Source: Camelus ferus | Taxonomy: Eukaryota | Reading direction: 5' to 3' | Length of the DNA stretch: 64,000 nucleotides | Assembly (NCBI RefSeq): GCF_009834535.1 | Contig: NC_045697.1 | Coordinates: forward strand, 102,922,001-102,986,000 | In this document: positions 37,040 through 50,360 of the stretch, in pieces | Layout of the letters: each line of letters starts with the position of its first letter | Position numbering within the stretch: the stretch's first letter is position 1 | The notes under the pieces: generated by a model | What the model was told of the DNA's origin: nothing | What the model saw: only the letters and a program-made list of their open reading frames with translations | Database searches by the model: none | Translations under genes and position numbers: made by a program

Positions 37040-37908
37040 CAGTCCTTCTGCAAATTCTCCTCTGATTGGCAGTGCCAGGAATTTGATGATAGAGGAGACT
37101 GAGAAGAAGGGAGAACATTTCCTAGGGACGCTTGAAAATGACTGTTCTCTTGTTTACCTGGATCTTCTTTTATTCCAAAAATTACATCTTTCATATATCC
37201 CAGGTGACCTACCTCAGTGCACTTAATTTTTCCTCCCAAAGAGAGTTCTTGCTGTCTTGGCTCCTCAGAACAGAGGTTTCCCTTGGAGAAAGCTGTTAAG
37301 CTTTCTCAGTGCCCAGGTTGGGAGGAGATCCAGGGCAAGTTGACCTCTCACCTCTCACTCCGTGGCTACAACGCTGTCCAGTTGGTCAGCCCAGGGGCCG
37401 AGACTTAGATGCAGATCCACAACTGCACTGGCCTCCTCATCCCCAGGACAATCCAAGCCAAGTCGTTTAATGACCCAAGCCCAGGAGCAGCTTTTAATTT
37501 CTAAGCAAAGGGGGACATTTGGCACAGCTGAGAGACACATTGTATCTGTGTGATGCCCTTCCACTCACGCACAGCTGCAACCAGGAGCTGCTAAAAAAGA
37601 ATCTTCCAGCAGATTCAAAAGGCCTTTTCTGTTTGAAGAAGTCTTTTCAAACAAACCCTGAATCCATTTTGTGGGATCTCTGGCTGAACCCACACTAAGC
37701 ACTTATAACTCAGTTTTCCCCGTGCCGAGGCTGCATGGTTGAAGGCCCCAGCCAGTCTGCTTAGAGACCTTGGAGATAGAAGGCTCAGCCAGGAGAGCAG
37801 CCAAACCCGCTGGAAGCTGGCCCAGCCACAGAGGGAGCTGGAGGTTGGATTACTCCTGCTGGAATTTTCTCTGTCTGAAAGACTGGAATCCACTTAGGAC
37901 AAGAAGTC
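37040..37908 (-). pseudogene. Candidate decayed large internal exon (gene unidentified)
   Basis: Acceptor ggctgacctgtcttctccag|G at 37908, donor CTG|gtaggt at 37040; long near-open frames between. Confidence 0.3.
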
Positions 37909-39089
37909 CTGGAGAAGACAGGTCAGCCGTTACCTATGTTACGATGACAAGTGACTCACCATTTTCATCATCCTAGTGGCAAAACTGTCATTGGAGATGT
38001 GAGTAGTGGTAATATACTAGACATTTACCAGGTGACACTGCCAGCCAAAAAAATAAACAATCAACAACAAAACAATAACAAAACAGGTTGCTTTTTTATT
38101 GACAGGTTAGCAGCCCTTGATGTTTATTTTGGTGTGTGGTGCATGCGTATGGAGCTCAGAGGTAAAAAGTGACATTTAACGTTCATCCCTGTGGGCCTGA
38201 TAAACACTGTGCAGAATTAGTTGCAACCTGAACGATGCAAAGCCAGGCCAAAACTGAAAGGTTAAAGAATTGAATGCAGTTGCCCCTTCTTTCAGGATCT
38301 CTGATTCAGACACCTCCCCTAAGAAAAACGTGAATTAACAATATTTCAGAAGACTGTCGACGTGGTTGGGTGTATATGGTACTTGAATCAAACCTGGAAA
38401 TGTGTTTTATCACTGTAGACAGATGCAGCAAGAGCATCCTGAATCTTGTCAGTCCTTACCTGGTCTTGTTTCAACTTCCTTTTTACCACATTAATTTTGT
38501 AAATTCACTTTGAACCTGTTTTAATTTTTTTATTACAATTGAGCTGGTGGTTCATGTAGAACATTCACAAATGGAGGCTCATATTTTGTACTAAACAAAA
38601 ATTAAAAGCATAACATCAAAATTTGTGGGATGCAGTGAAAGCAATAATCAGAGGGAAATATATAGCACTGAAGAAAGACCTAAAGTCAATCATCTAAGCT
38701 TCCATCTTAGGAAACTAGGGGAAAAGAAGAGAAGTTTAAGGCTAAAGCAAGTAGAAGAAAAGAAATATAAATGTTAAAGCAGGAATCGATGAAATTCAGA
38801 ACAGGAAATCAACAGAGAAATCAAAACTTGATTCTTTGGAAAGATCAATAAATTTGGTAAACTTGGAGTGAGGCTAACCAAGAAAAAAAAAGAAAAGACA
38901 AATGAATAATATCAGAAATGAAAGGGGTCGTAACTACTGAGCCTATGGACATTAAAACAATATCTCAGGAATACTATTAACAATTCTCTGCCCACCAGTT
39001 TGATCACTTAAATGAAATGTAAGTGCCCTTGAAAGATACCAACCACCAAAATCAGCACAGGGAGAAAGAGATCATCTGAATAAGCTCAC

Positions 39090-39774
39090 ATAGTAGGTTT
39101 CTCCTGGAGAAACCGCCAAGGAAATATATATGTATAATGTCATAAATATATGAGATTAATTATAAGGCATTTGTTCACATGATTATGGAGATTGGCAAAT
39201 TCAAATCACCAGGGTAGGCCAGCAGGCTGGAGACCCAGGAGAGTCCATGCTCCAGTCCCAGCCCTAAGGCTGTCTGCTGTAGGGCCAGAAAGACCCAGTA
39301 TTGCAGATAAGGTCTGCAGGCAGTATGCTGGAGAATTTTCTCTGGCTCAGGGAAAGCTTGATCTTTTTGTCTATTCAAGCCTTCATTTGCTTGGATAAGG
39401 CCCACTCACATTATGAAGCGAAATCTACTCTTCTCAGAGTCCACAGATTTAAATGTTAAACTCATCCAGAAACATCAGGAAGAATGTTTGAATAGATAAA
39501 CAAGATTATGCCATACAGCACAGGGAAATATATACAAGATCTTACGGTAGCTCACAGAGAAAAAAAATGTGACAATGAATATATGTATGTTCATGTATAA
39601 CTGAAAAATTGTGCTCTACACTGGAATTTGACACAACATTGTAAAATGACTATAAATCAATAAAAATGTTAAATAAAATAAAAGGTAAAAAAAAAAAAAA
39701 AAGAAGAATGTTTGACCAAATATCTGGGCACTCCCACAGCCTGGCCAAGTACACACATGAAATTAACTATCACA
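39090..39774 (-). mobile_element. ERVL MLT2 solo LTR
   Basis: ctcctggagaaac..cacatgattatggag..ccagcaggctggagacccagg..aaatatctgggca..aattaactatcaca. Confidence 0.88.
39492..39702 (+). mobile_element. Young camelid L1 3' end nested in MLT2
   Basis: gcacagggaaatatatacaagatc..aatgactataaatcaataaaa; perfect 13-bp TSD gaagaatgtttga (39479-39491 / 39703-39715). Confidence 0.93.
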
Positions 39775-41229
39775 GCCTGTAACGGCTGAAGAAATTGAGT
39801 CAGTAATTTATACCCTTGAAAAAAGAAGGCACCAGCCTCAGATAGTGTCACTAGTGAATTCTGCCCAATATTTAAGGAAGAACTAATATCAATTCTCTAC
39901 AGTCACTTCCAGAAAATAGAAATGAGGGGAAAACTTCTTAAGTCATTCTAAGATAAAGCTAGCATTATCCTAATACCAAACCAGATAAATACAGTGAGAA
40001 GAAAAACTGCAGACCAATATCTCTCATTAACATAGATGCAAAAATCCTCAACAAAATATTAGCAAATTATATTGGGGGATAGGAGAAGGAGGGAATATGG
40101 GAATTCTAATATTCCAGGACTTTAAGATCTCTAGCAGTTACAGTAAGAAATCCAAAAATCCATTTGTAACATTGCACTATCCTACCATAGTTAACATGTG
40201 CTATTGTAACATTTTCCAAGATGCTAGCAGTCTTCATTCACAATGAAGACAATGCAAAAGACTAAACTCAGCTTCCAAGCACACAAAGAACACTGTGCTT
40301 GCATAAGCTCCATCAAACACACTCAATTTTGCCTTATTTGTCAAGAATCTGCTTTCCAGGCTCCTCAGTTTGATGTGATTGTGTATAATTTGGAATCCTC
40401 TGGGGTCCTAGTCATCAGTGCATCAGTCCTTTGGCAAAGTTAGAAATGAAGTGTGGCCGATTTGTAAATGTGCTTTAGGCTGTTGCATCTGGGCTTTTGC
40501 AGGCTGGCAGACTCTAAAAAGAGAGAGGAAAAACAAAGCCCCCAAACCCAGAAGCCTCCCACCCTTTGCAGAATTTCCACTATTTGTTAGCGAAGGGACT
40601 TTGGCGGCCAGTTTAACACCCACATTTTACAGGAGTGCAAGTACACAGATTAGCCCCGTTTCACAGAGCCGACTAGGAGCGTAGTCATAACCCTTGGGCC
40701 ACGAGACACGGCCACTGTTTCTGACACCCAGCCCACGGGCTCTTTTCCATTTCCGCACGGTCTCCTGCTGCCTGCGTTCAGGATAAGCGCTTAATGAACT
40801 TACGTAACCTTCCCCGAGCTGACACTCACAAGCCCATACTATACAGAATCCCCACGATACCACTGATAGTAGAAAAAACATCCTCGTGGTTCCAACTCAT
40901 ACAGTCCAGGTCGTCTTTGAGATAATCCCATTTCTAAAGGGACTGTTATTATCAGGAGTAATTACATCCCATTTCTTGGGGGAAATGTGATTATTAAACA
41001 GGAGATGGAATTTACCTATGATTCAATTTCTTAATGCGTCACCAATATTAGAACGATGGTAACTCAAGCATGGGGTGAAACAGCATAAAGTCTTCTGCTC
41101 CCTTAAAGAGAGAAGCCGATCGCTGTAAAACTGGTGGAAGAATGTTTACTCAGCAAAACTCAAAAAAATTCTGCGCGCGAGATTCTGCGTGGCTTATAGC
41201 ATGAGGTCCAAACTCCTCACACGCTGAGT

Positions 41230-41495
41230 CGGGTAGTCCCTGTTCGTCCTGCAGACACACTTTCCATCCTTGTCCGCGCTGCTCTGTACCCCGGGAGTTC
41301 TCATTTCCACGGTCTGCCTCACTCGGGCTCCCTTATTCTCCAGCCTCTAGTGGGGTTTGGCCAATGAGAGACACAAATAAGAGATGAAAGGGTAAGAGAA
41401 GAGAAATGCTGGATATTTATCCCCCAAAGACTGCCTTCCTCTAGTTAAATCCATAGTTTCCATTAGGCAGCCCCTCCCCGTGCTGGGTTCCCATA
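41230..41495 (+). mobile_element. ERVL LTR33-like fragment
   Basis: ctgctctgtaccccggga..gggtttggccaatgagagacac..ggatatttatcccc. Confidence 0.6.
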
Positions 41496-43129
41496 AATCA
41501 GCGGTTCTCAAGCAGGGAGGATTTAGAGGAAGTGACAGTCATGGGGACTATACCAACTGAACAAAGACCAGAAGAGAGGGAGCAACATCTTTGAGAATTT
41601 TTCCGTTTTCTGGACATGGAAATTGAGGCTGAGGGTGGACTGGCTGGAGATGGCAGAGCTGGCATGTGGTCCAGCTAAGTGGTGTCGACCTTCTGACTCG
41701 GCTCCAGCTTCCCTGCCACCTCATCACAACCCCTACACGAGCCAAAGGGCACGCAACAGCCAATTTGTCATGTTGCCAATTCCTCCAGGGAGCTTTCTTG
41801 CCCACCCTTTAAGTGAAGTTTTTCAAACACCAATCATGAGTCCAAAGGATGTCAGAGGCAAGTATATCCACTCTGAACAAAAGACAGGTAGACATGTTCT
41901 CCTGAATCGAAAAGAATTGTTATCATGTACCTTTATGCAGACTCTGTATTTATTATAGTAAGGCCTGGAAGAGTTCAATCTTCTTTTCATATCTTAGAAA
42001 ACCCACCTAACTTGTGTTATTCTTTTATAAACAAACTGAAGGTCAGAAGCCAAAGTTGTGTGATTTCACACACACACAAAAGTACTAAATTATCACACCA
42101 TAGTACCAACATTTTATTTTGTCTCCAAGAAGCCAGATTGATCTCTGTCTCCAAGCTTCAGATCCACTAGCCGTGACCACAGGACGGGCACCCATAGGCA
42201 TGTTTGTTTGCTCTTTTTTCTTAAACATTGCTGAAAAAACCTAGAGAAATATTGGAGTTTCTAAAGTCTTTTTTTTTTTTTTTTTTGAGTTTGCTTGATT
42301 GTAAATGAGTTAAAATTGCAGCCTTAGATTCCAGTCCAGGACCTGAAAAAAATTAGACCAAATGAAAATCAACTTAGGCAGCAGTTGAGAAAATATATTA
42401 ACAAAGACCAGTACTCTTGAAATGCTCCATTTTATGCCTTCAGCCATAACCCAGGTCAAACTGTGCTGGCCAGCATACTTTCTGCCTTGAACAAGCAGAG
42501 TGGATTGGTGGAAAGTCTATAGACTAGTGAATTATTCATACAAGTTTAGATTAATATATCAGCAAACTTTACCTTATTTTGAAGCAATGAAATGTTAATT
42601 AATACTTCACATTTTATCCAATGTTTGTCAAGGACCTTTCCAACACTTTAAAAATAAATTGTCTGGGCCTTGAGTGTTCTAAGATGCAGTGATCACTGCT
42701 GACTTTCTACAAACAAGGACAAGAAAGCAAAAAGATTGGCCAGGGTCAAAGAGAGAATGTGTGTGGCACGGAAATTGAAGTCCTGGATGCACATCCAGGT
42801 GTCACGTAACCAAACAAGAAGAGATAAAGATGGATAGTCTATCCAGACTGAGCTAGAAGGTACCATTCCAGTGATTTGGGAAGAAATTGAGTTTGCAAAA
42901 ATGAAAGTAACGTAAGAGGCAAGGAACAAGATAGAGGAAACTCAGTTTTCATCATAGAGAGCTGTGAACCCTTGGAAGTCATTTGAATGTGTTCTTACAT
43001 CTCAGGAAGCAAAAATCTCAAGAAGGCCATTAAAACTATTCAAAGGAAGATCTCTTTTTGAGGAAGCCAGTAGGTGAAGGAAAGATAACTCAACATTCTT
43101 ATTTAGAAACTGGAGATTTATTATTGTCA

Positions 43130-43325
43130 GACAGACGGGGTTCAGATTCCAATTCTTCCATTGGCTAGCTGTGTGACTGTGGGTAGATTTCTTAACATCT
43201 CTGAGACTCAGTTGCTAAGAGGACCAAGTGAGGTAATGCAGAGGAAGCACCGGTCACTCTGCCTGGCACACGGCGTGCGTTCAATAAACAGTAGCTGCTG
43301 CACTGCTGCTACCACCATTATTATT
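43130..43325 (+). mobile_element. MIR SINE
   Basis: gtcagacagacggggttcagattcc..tagctgtgtgactgtggg..tgcctggcaca..tcaataaa. Confidence 0.85.
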
Positions 43326-44154
43326 GTTCCTCTTCATGTCACTCTGTCCTGACTCATCTACTTAGATTTTCATCCTTCACCTTTTGTTCAACTACATTAT
43401 AATCTAGCCAGGGAATAATGAAGTCAGAAAAGTAACACATCAAATTAATCCTCAGATCTGAGAGTTCAACTGCTTCAAAGCCTGGAGTCCACATTTTTCA
43501 TGATGTGATTCTTATGAAAAAAAAAAAATGGTTTCACTGGAAATGACCTCATCTTCTACTTTTCTAAAATGCTGCAGCTCATCTGAACATCTGGTGTGAA
43601 CTCTAACTATCCCTTAACATAGATTCATTTTTTAAAAATCTCTACAATTATCTTTTTGTCCTTTTCTCTCAGAAAAAAAGGTTCTCTTCCTCCTCCTCTG
43701 ATTTCCCATATTCCTTTCCCCAAATTTCCCATATCCTTGAGAAAATCACTCCCACATTTTCCCTATTCTTTCTACTTACCTTTAAAAAAATCATGAGCTC
43801 CTTAAAATTTGTGTAACAAGTGATACATACAAGTATTTGATTAGAAAAAAAAGGTAAAAAGCCACCCCAACATCCTACCACGTAGAATCACTATTCTTAA
43901 CATATGTGACCATTATTTTAGACATCTCTTTATATTGACATGTGGAAAGGAAGAACAAGAGCTAGATATAATTCTGAGAAAATCAAACTACATTTAAATT
44001 TAAAATACTAAGTTTATTTTTACTTGAAATCCATAGATAATATAAAAATGAAAAAGAACTAACTGAGAAACATTAGATAAATATTTCCTTGTGAACATAA
44101 ACACTGTTTCCCAAGAGAAACCTCTGGAGTTTTGAAGGAAAAAAAAAAAAGAAT

Positions 44155-44735
44155 TCTGAGACTTCTGCTTCTAGCCCATATGGAGCAACAGGGGCTAGGT
44201 TTATTCTCCTGCTTCAAAGAGGTGAAGGACTGAGGGAAATCGACAAAACATTAGCTTTTAGGCATTGGACAAGAAGCAGTGCAGAAGAGCGATTTCTGAG
44301 AAAAGGAAAACAAAGAAGCTGAGCCCTGTGATGGTCCCAGCCCACTTCCCGGAGTCTGGGTCTCAGAACAGCAAGCATGCAGCCAAACACAGCCAGGTAG
44401 CCTCCCTGAGATGACGAGTCCCAAGTTCTCAGTTCACAGAGGCCAAGTTGCTTAGAATTCATGAGACAGTCACAGAGAAGGGAGATCTTCAGAGAGAAAA
44501 GGCTCTGGAAATACCCAGAGGGTTTCCCAAGTACTGATCAGTGCATGTGTTGAGGAAACTATCATGGCAGGGAAAGAGCTTCCAGAAAGGAGCCAGTGGA
44601 ACAATTCTTGGAAATTGGGAATAGTGTATCTTCCCACCAGCCAGAGTGGAAAGATTTTTCCTTTATTCTTGAAGTACATTTTGTTGGGTAAAAAATTCTG
44701 GGTTGATGGTTCTTTTCTTTCAGCACTTAAAAAAA
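44155..44735 (+). mobile_element. Ancient L1 (L1MC/MD-type) 5' UTR followed by a short inverted ORF1 piece (44655-44735)
   Basis: gacttctgcttctagcc..ggcattggac..gtactgatcagtgcatgtg..ttcccaccagccagagtggaaa; then aattctgggttgatggttcttttctttcagcactt (ORF1, minus). Confidence 0.7.
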
Positions 44736-45499
44736 CCTGTATCAAGTATATAGACAAGAGCATCTAAGAGGATGTTTCCCAAATTAGATGGTGGATTAGT
44801 TGTTAGTGTCTAAGTCTGAAAATCATTTCTGTTGGGATATTCTGATTTGATTTTCCAAAAAAAACACATAAACGGGTTGAGGTCAACAGAACAGAAATAA
44901 ACACTTCTACACCCACTGCTCTGAATCCAAACAACGTTTTGCCACTTATCCAAATATCTATTGTTCTGAAATGATTGCTAAAATACATCTACAAGGGAAC
45001 ATGGATAAACAGAAACAGTTTGATTTGTTGATGTAGGTGTGCTTGTGGTTGACTTTCTTCTTTCTTTCATTTAGAATTCTATTCATAACAGTATAATTTT
45101 TTAGGAGGGGAAAAAAACCCTAAAAAATTAAAAATCAAAATATATTTATATTTTTACATGTAAGTTGGAGTCAAAAACCCCGGGAATGTTTTATTTTATA
45201 AATGGATGCAGACATGTCTGCAATATGGTGCAAACATTGTCCAACATCATCTAGATTGTCATCCAATAAAGTGGCAGTGAATAATTTTTTTTTTCCCCAA
45301 GGAAAGACACTTGATAGCTTCAAGTTTGGACTTAGAATCCAGCCCCAAAGAAAACCCAAGTTCTTTTCCATTTCTTCTCTTATGAGCCCTTCCCTATTCA
45401 ACCAACAACTGAGGAGGACAAACTGGCTGTCTGAAGTGCTGCGATGTTCTTAGGTGAGCAGTGTTGCTTAAAACTGTGGGGAAGCCCACCTGCTTGCAG

Positions 45500-45700
45500 C
45501 CTCCTCTTACCCCACTCTCTCTCTCTCCTTCCTTATATCATAGCTTCACAGTCTTTTCAGTTCCTCAGACTTCACAGTTTCTTCCCATACCAGAGACGTT
45601 CCATGCATTTCCCTTTTCTAGAATGTTCCTCCTCCTTCCCCTCCTTTTATCTGCTTTATTCCCACTCACCCCTCATATCTTAATTTAAATGTCAAGTCCT
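45500..45700 (+). mobile_element. L2 fragment
   Basis: cttttcagttcctc..tttccctttctagaatgttcc..atcttaatttaaatgtca. Confidence 0.55.
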
Positions 45701-45870
45701 GATAGACACATAGAAATGGTGAAGTAAGGACAGGACTGCCCCCCTTTTCCTAAAAGAAATCATTCAAGAGCAAAAAGGGGGTAAAACTCCAGAAATATGA
45801 ACTTCATCTTACACAAATCTAGTAGATATATGTAGCTCTGAGATATAGGTAACTTCTGAAGTGAGGAAAA

Positions 45871-45959
45871 GACGGGAGTGTACAGCTCAGTGGTAGAGGG
45901 TGTGCTTAGCATGCACGAGGTCCTGGGTTCAATCCCAGTAGCTCCATTAAAAAAAAAAA
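45871..45959 (+). mobile_element. Vic-1-type SINE
   Basis: agctcagtggtagag..gcttagcatgcacgaggtcctgggttcaatcccagtagctccatt + A tail. Confidence 0.92.
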
Positions 45960-46129
45960 TGCCAGATAAAGGAAGATAAAAATGGAAGTGCAAAAAGATA
46001 TTGAGAGATGACCTTTTAAAAGGTATTGTTTATCACATTCATACAGTGCTTGGTCTACAAGCCCGGTGGACATGTTTTTTCATGTATTAATTCCTGTATT
46101 AGCCCTCATGATGCTCAATGAATAAATAG

Positions 46130-46149
46130 TGTTGTTGTTGTTGTTATTA

Positions 46150-46206
<57 letters not shown>

Positions 46207-46228
46207 TACTACTACTACTACTACTACC
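46130..46228. repeat. Compound (TGT)n(TAT)n(TAC)n microsatellite within a MIR relic
   Basis: Directly visible. Confidence 0.95.
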
Positions 46229-46379
46229 TTTTTACTGCAAAACTGAAGTCATGCGGCTATTCTGGGGCAGAGCTGTAATTTGAAATCAGAGCTACAGTCT
46301 ACTGCTTCTGTGCTGCAAACATCCAGTTCATGATGAATTTTCTTTCATTCAGAGGTGAGGGACAGCCACAAAGGAACCA

Positions 46380-49300
46380 CACTGGATCTATGAAATGCTT
46401 CTTTTAAAAAATGTTGAAGTAACAGGAAAAACAAATGGCAGATAAAGAATATCCCCCAGAAGAATTTTACTATGAACTAGATGAGAATTATTACCAAATA
46501 TATTGCTCATGAATTAAAAACATTTAATGAAGGAAGTGCTGATATAAAATAAGAGCTCAAAGTAGACTTATAAGAATTGGGGGAAATAAGTGCTGAGAAG
46601 ACAAAAAAAGAAGAAAAATGAGTGGAAAATAAAAAGAAAAATGAGTGGAAAGCAAATGTATAGTCTTATTAGAAGCAAGGGTCTCATTAGAAAAAAGGAG
46701 AATAGTCACAACTAAAAGTATGGGAGAAGGAGGAGAGGATTGAGAAAATAAAATAAAATTGATTAACAAAAGATCAGGTGAGGAGATAAAAATTAAAATT
46801 AAACATGCATAATTGATATCCCTGAAGAAATGAAACAAATAATTGAACATAAACATAATTTAAGAAAAGTTCCCAGAAATAAGACATGACTCAAAGGACT
46901 GAAAAGGCACCTTGTACCTTAGGAAAAATTGAGACAGATGACCCACAACAATTATGTCTCAGCCAAGTCTCTAGACTTCAAATCCAGAAAAAGAATTCTT
47001 AATTTCCAGATTAAAGTGTTGGATGCTACATCAGCCCAGGTTCTCCAAAAAGCAGATACCAAGACAGGATTCCATCTACAAGATATTTTGGATGGGGTGG
47101 GGAGGCGGGGAAACACCTGTGAGAGAGAACGAGGAGGAAGCCAGGGGAGGCTGGGTGAGCCCCGGGACCACGATGCAGTTGTGACCCCTGTGAAGGAGCG
47201 GAGGAAGGAAGGAAGGAAATGAGTCAGTAAGTCAGGCCTCAGATGTAATGCACTTCTAAGGGGATTTTGGCAAGGCTGGTGAGGCGTCCGTCCTCCAGCC
47301 AGCATTGTCCGTTAGAGGAGCCTCACATCTCCCAGGACCGAGCCAGCCTCAGTATCCCGGCCACACTCCATCACTGCTGGGAGCAGCTAGTCGGGAAACA
47401 CTGGCCTCCTCACACGGTGTTGGATCCCAGAGCCTAACAGCCGGGCCTTTGGTCCATTATACTCCCTGCCGTAGGGCAGCTGAGAGGTGCACTTTCACGG
47501 CTGCCATGGATGGAATTACGCATTTATCTCCATTTCCCCTCAAAACTTCATCGAGAGGATGGTAAATACATAAAAAGGCAAAACTCCACAAAAAAAGCAA
47601 AGAGAATAGAAGGGAAGGATGATTTATGACAACAACATTGTGGAACTGGAAAGCAGGTGGTAATTGACCTAGCAGAGCAAAGAAGGTTGAAATGTGGGCC
47701 AGTGTGTGTAATAAAGCTCACACGAAATGAAAGGCTTGCTCTCATGGAAACTCACATATTGAAGGCAACAGGTAGTTCTGAAGACAGAAGGGCAGGGTGC
47801 GTTGAAAACAGGAAAAATGACTATAAACATTTAAAAAGAGACATTAAACCCCACCCCCTCCATCTCTTCCCTGCCCCAAATAGCCATGAGACCTTCTCTT
47901 ATGAGCCTCAGCAGAAGGCTAGAGATCACTTGCTGGAGAACCCAAACCAGAGAGACTGACTCTGGACTGGAGGACACCAGGAACACCTTAAGGGTGACAC
48001 AAATCTAAGATGTGACAACTACCCTCCAACTTTCTTTTCTTAGGTCCCAGAAATCTAGCTGTCATGCTTAGCACTGTTTCAATCCCTATTTGCAACTGGG
48101 GAATTTCTTTCTGATGAAGTCACTGGTTACAAGAGAAAAGGCCCCCAAAGAAAGGATCAAGTCTCTCCTAATTACTCCCCAGCGAGGTTCATCAATTTCC
48201 AATGCAATGGAGTCCCGCTCCACTTTTTAGGGCTTCATTCTTGAATGTGAACTGACAGCAAAGACTTATTACACATTTGAAGAAAGTTTCTAGCACGAAA
48301 AACAGAGAAGAAAGCAAACTAACTAAATTGTGAAAGTAAAAAATGAAGAGCAGAAGAAAACTTTAATAAAATGTATAATTCAGAGAAATAAGAGAATACA
48401 TCAGAGCCATGAAACAAGAACATAGACATAGATATTTATATACTGAACATTCAGAGAAAAAAAAAGAACGCCTTCAAATTAATCATCAGATAGCAAAATC
48501 TAACATTTCTGAAAGAAATAAAAGAAAAAATTCCCAGATAAAAGGGGGGAGAAAAGAAACAAAACATGAGAAAGAACATTAATAGATTACTGGGAATTCA
48601 CATGCAAATATCTGGATTTTCAAAAAATAAGAAAAAAGAAAATGGAAGGGAGGAAATTATTAAGTAACCAACAAAAAATTTCTCGTTATTAAAGTACATG
48701 ATTTTCCAGATTGAAAGGGCCAGTAAGTGCTAGCACACTAAACGGAAATATGACTTCCCCCAGGTAGATTGTTGCAAATTTCCAGAGCGTCAGGGATAAA
48801 CGAGAGTTTCTAAAAGATTCCAGAGAGAACACACAAATGTTTGCGGATCAGATCGGCAAAAGGCTTAACGACATCAGTGCTAGAAGACAGTGAAGCAATT
48901 TCTTTCAATGTTTTATGTAATTATTTCCCACTTAGAATTCCCTATCCTCCCGAATGATAAATTGTGAGGGTAAAGCAAAAATAATTTGAGAAAGTAAGGA
49001 CTCAAGAATTGTCTTTCCAGACACACTTTCCCAGAAGGCTGACAGGAGATGTGACCTGACCAAATGAGGACATAACTAAGAGTGAAGAAATCACATAGTT
49101 CTTAAGAGCTCCAGACAGAAAAGGAATTTCCAGGATAAAGATGACAGGGGAAGTCCTAGGCTGCAAGCGAGCCAGAGCCTGGGATGCACACCGTCCAGGC
49201 TGGAGCAGGACACGGCAATACAAGAGAGACATTTGCAAGAAGAATATCAAGTATATAGAATATTCAATGTATTTGAGTGTATTTTAAAGACGTTTTCAGT

Positions 49301-50330
49301 TCTAGTAAGAGTTTGGAATGGCTACATGAAAAATTACACAAAAAGGAGGCAGTTTTTAACTTCAGAAAACCGAACAGAAGAAAGAAACCAACAAACAAAA
49401 AGTTGTTCTAAAAAGGAATTGTAATCATTGCATACTGCATAGCTGGGCTGCGAATGACAGTTACATCATCATAATATGACCACTGGATATTGGTTTAACT
49501 CCAAATGAAGAGGCAGAGGAAAGGAAGGGAAGTATATATGGTTGTATGTACCTGTGTGTGTATGGATGATGTGAGTTGGGGTTGGGTTGTACAGGAGCTA
49601 AACCCTCCATTGTAGGAAACCAACACATAATATCTATATCTCAAAAATTATGAAATAGCATGACTTATTAAGACAGAAAGACAGACCAAAAGAAATGTCT
49701 GAGGAAGTTGAAAGTTGCTGCCTCAGGGTCATAGGAACGGAAATGGTAAAGCAAGTAAAAATTAGCATTTGAAAAAAAGTGAATAGTTTGCATATTCAGC
49801 CAAAATTTAAAAGTAACTCATAGGAGAAACCAACAGAAGACTTCAAACCTCTCTTCATCAACTCAATACTAGAAGGAAGTGGAGCAATGCTTACCAGATG
49901 TTTAAGAAAGAAATTGTGATTCCAAATGTTTATTCCCAGTCAAACTGTCTTTCAGGTCTAAAGGCAACAAACATTTTTGAACATATAAAATCTCAAGGAA
50001 TAAAGATCCCAGGATCTCCCTGAAGAGGTCAAACTTCAGCCAATCTAATGGTAAGTGAAAACGCTATGGTCAAAAAATTAATTCAGTGCATTTAATTGAT
50101 AAAACTAAAGCAAATTATGAGGATAATTGTCTAAAACAGACTGTAACTGTTATAAATCATGATAAAGCATAAATGAAATAGCTAAACAAGTTGGAGGGAA
50201 GGAGGAGATAGGGTGAAAGACAAACGTGCAGATTTTCCCATCTTTATGACCGAGGTAAAAAGAAAAGGATAAATCAAGTAATGCAGTAATTTTACTTCCA
50301 GATATAACAGTAAACATTAAGGATAGTTAA
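46380..50330 (+). mobile_element. Ancient HAL1/L1ME-type ORF1 region(s), probably nested
   Basis: A-rich strand with ccagattgaaagggcc, ctagaagacagtgaagcaat and again tagaaggaagtggagcaatgc..ttattcccagtcaaact (ORF1 C-terminal motifs seen twice). Confidence 0.6.
47030..47505 (-). mobile_element. ERVL LTR16C-like solo LTR
   Basis: aagcagataccaagacagg..gggaaacacctgtgag..tgacccctgtgaagg..gctgggagcag..cggctgcca. Confidence 0.85.
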
Positions 50331-50360
50331 CATGATCAACTAAAATAGGTGGTTGTGGGT

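Larger units (their letters stand above)
38605..40070 (+). mobile_element. Old L1 ORF2 segment interrupted by MLT2 LTR
   Basis: aatttgtgggatgcagtgaaagca..aaagcaagtagaagaaaag..agcattatcctaataccaaaccag..gatgcaaaaatcctcaacaaaatattagcaaa. Confidence 0.9.
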
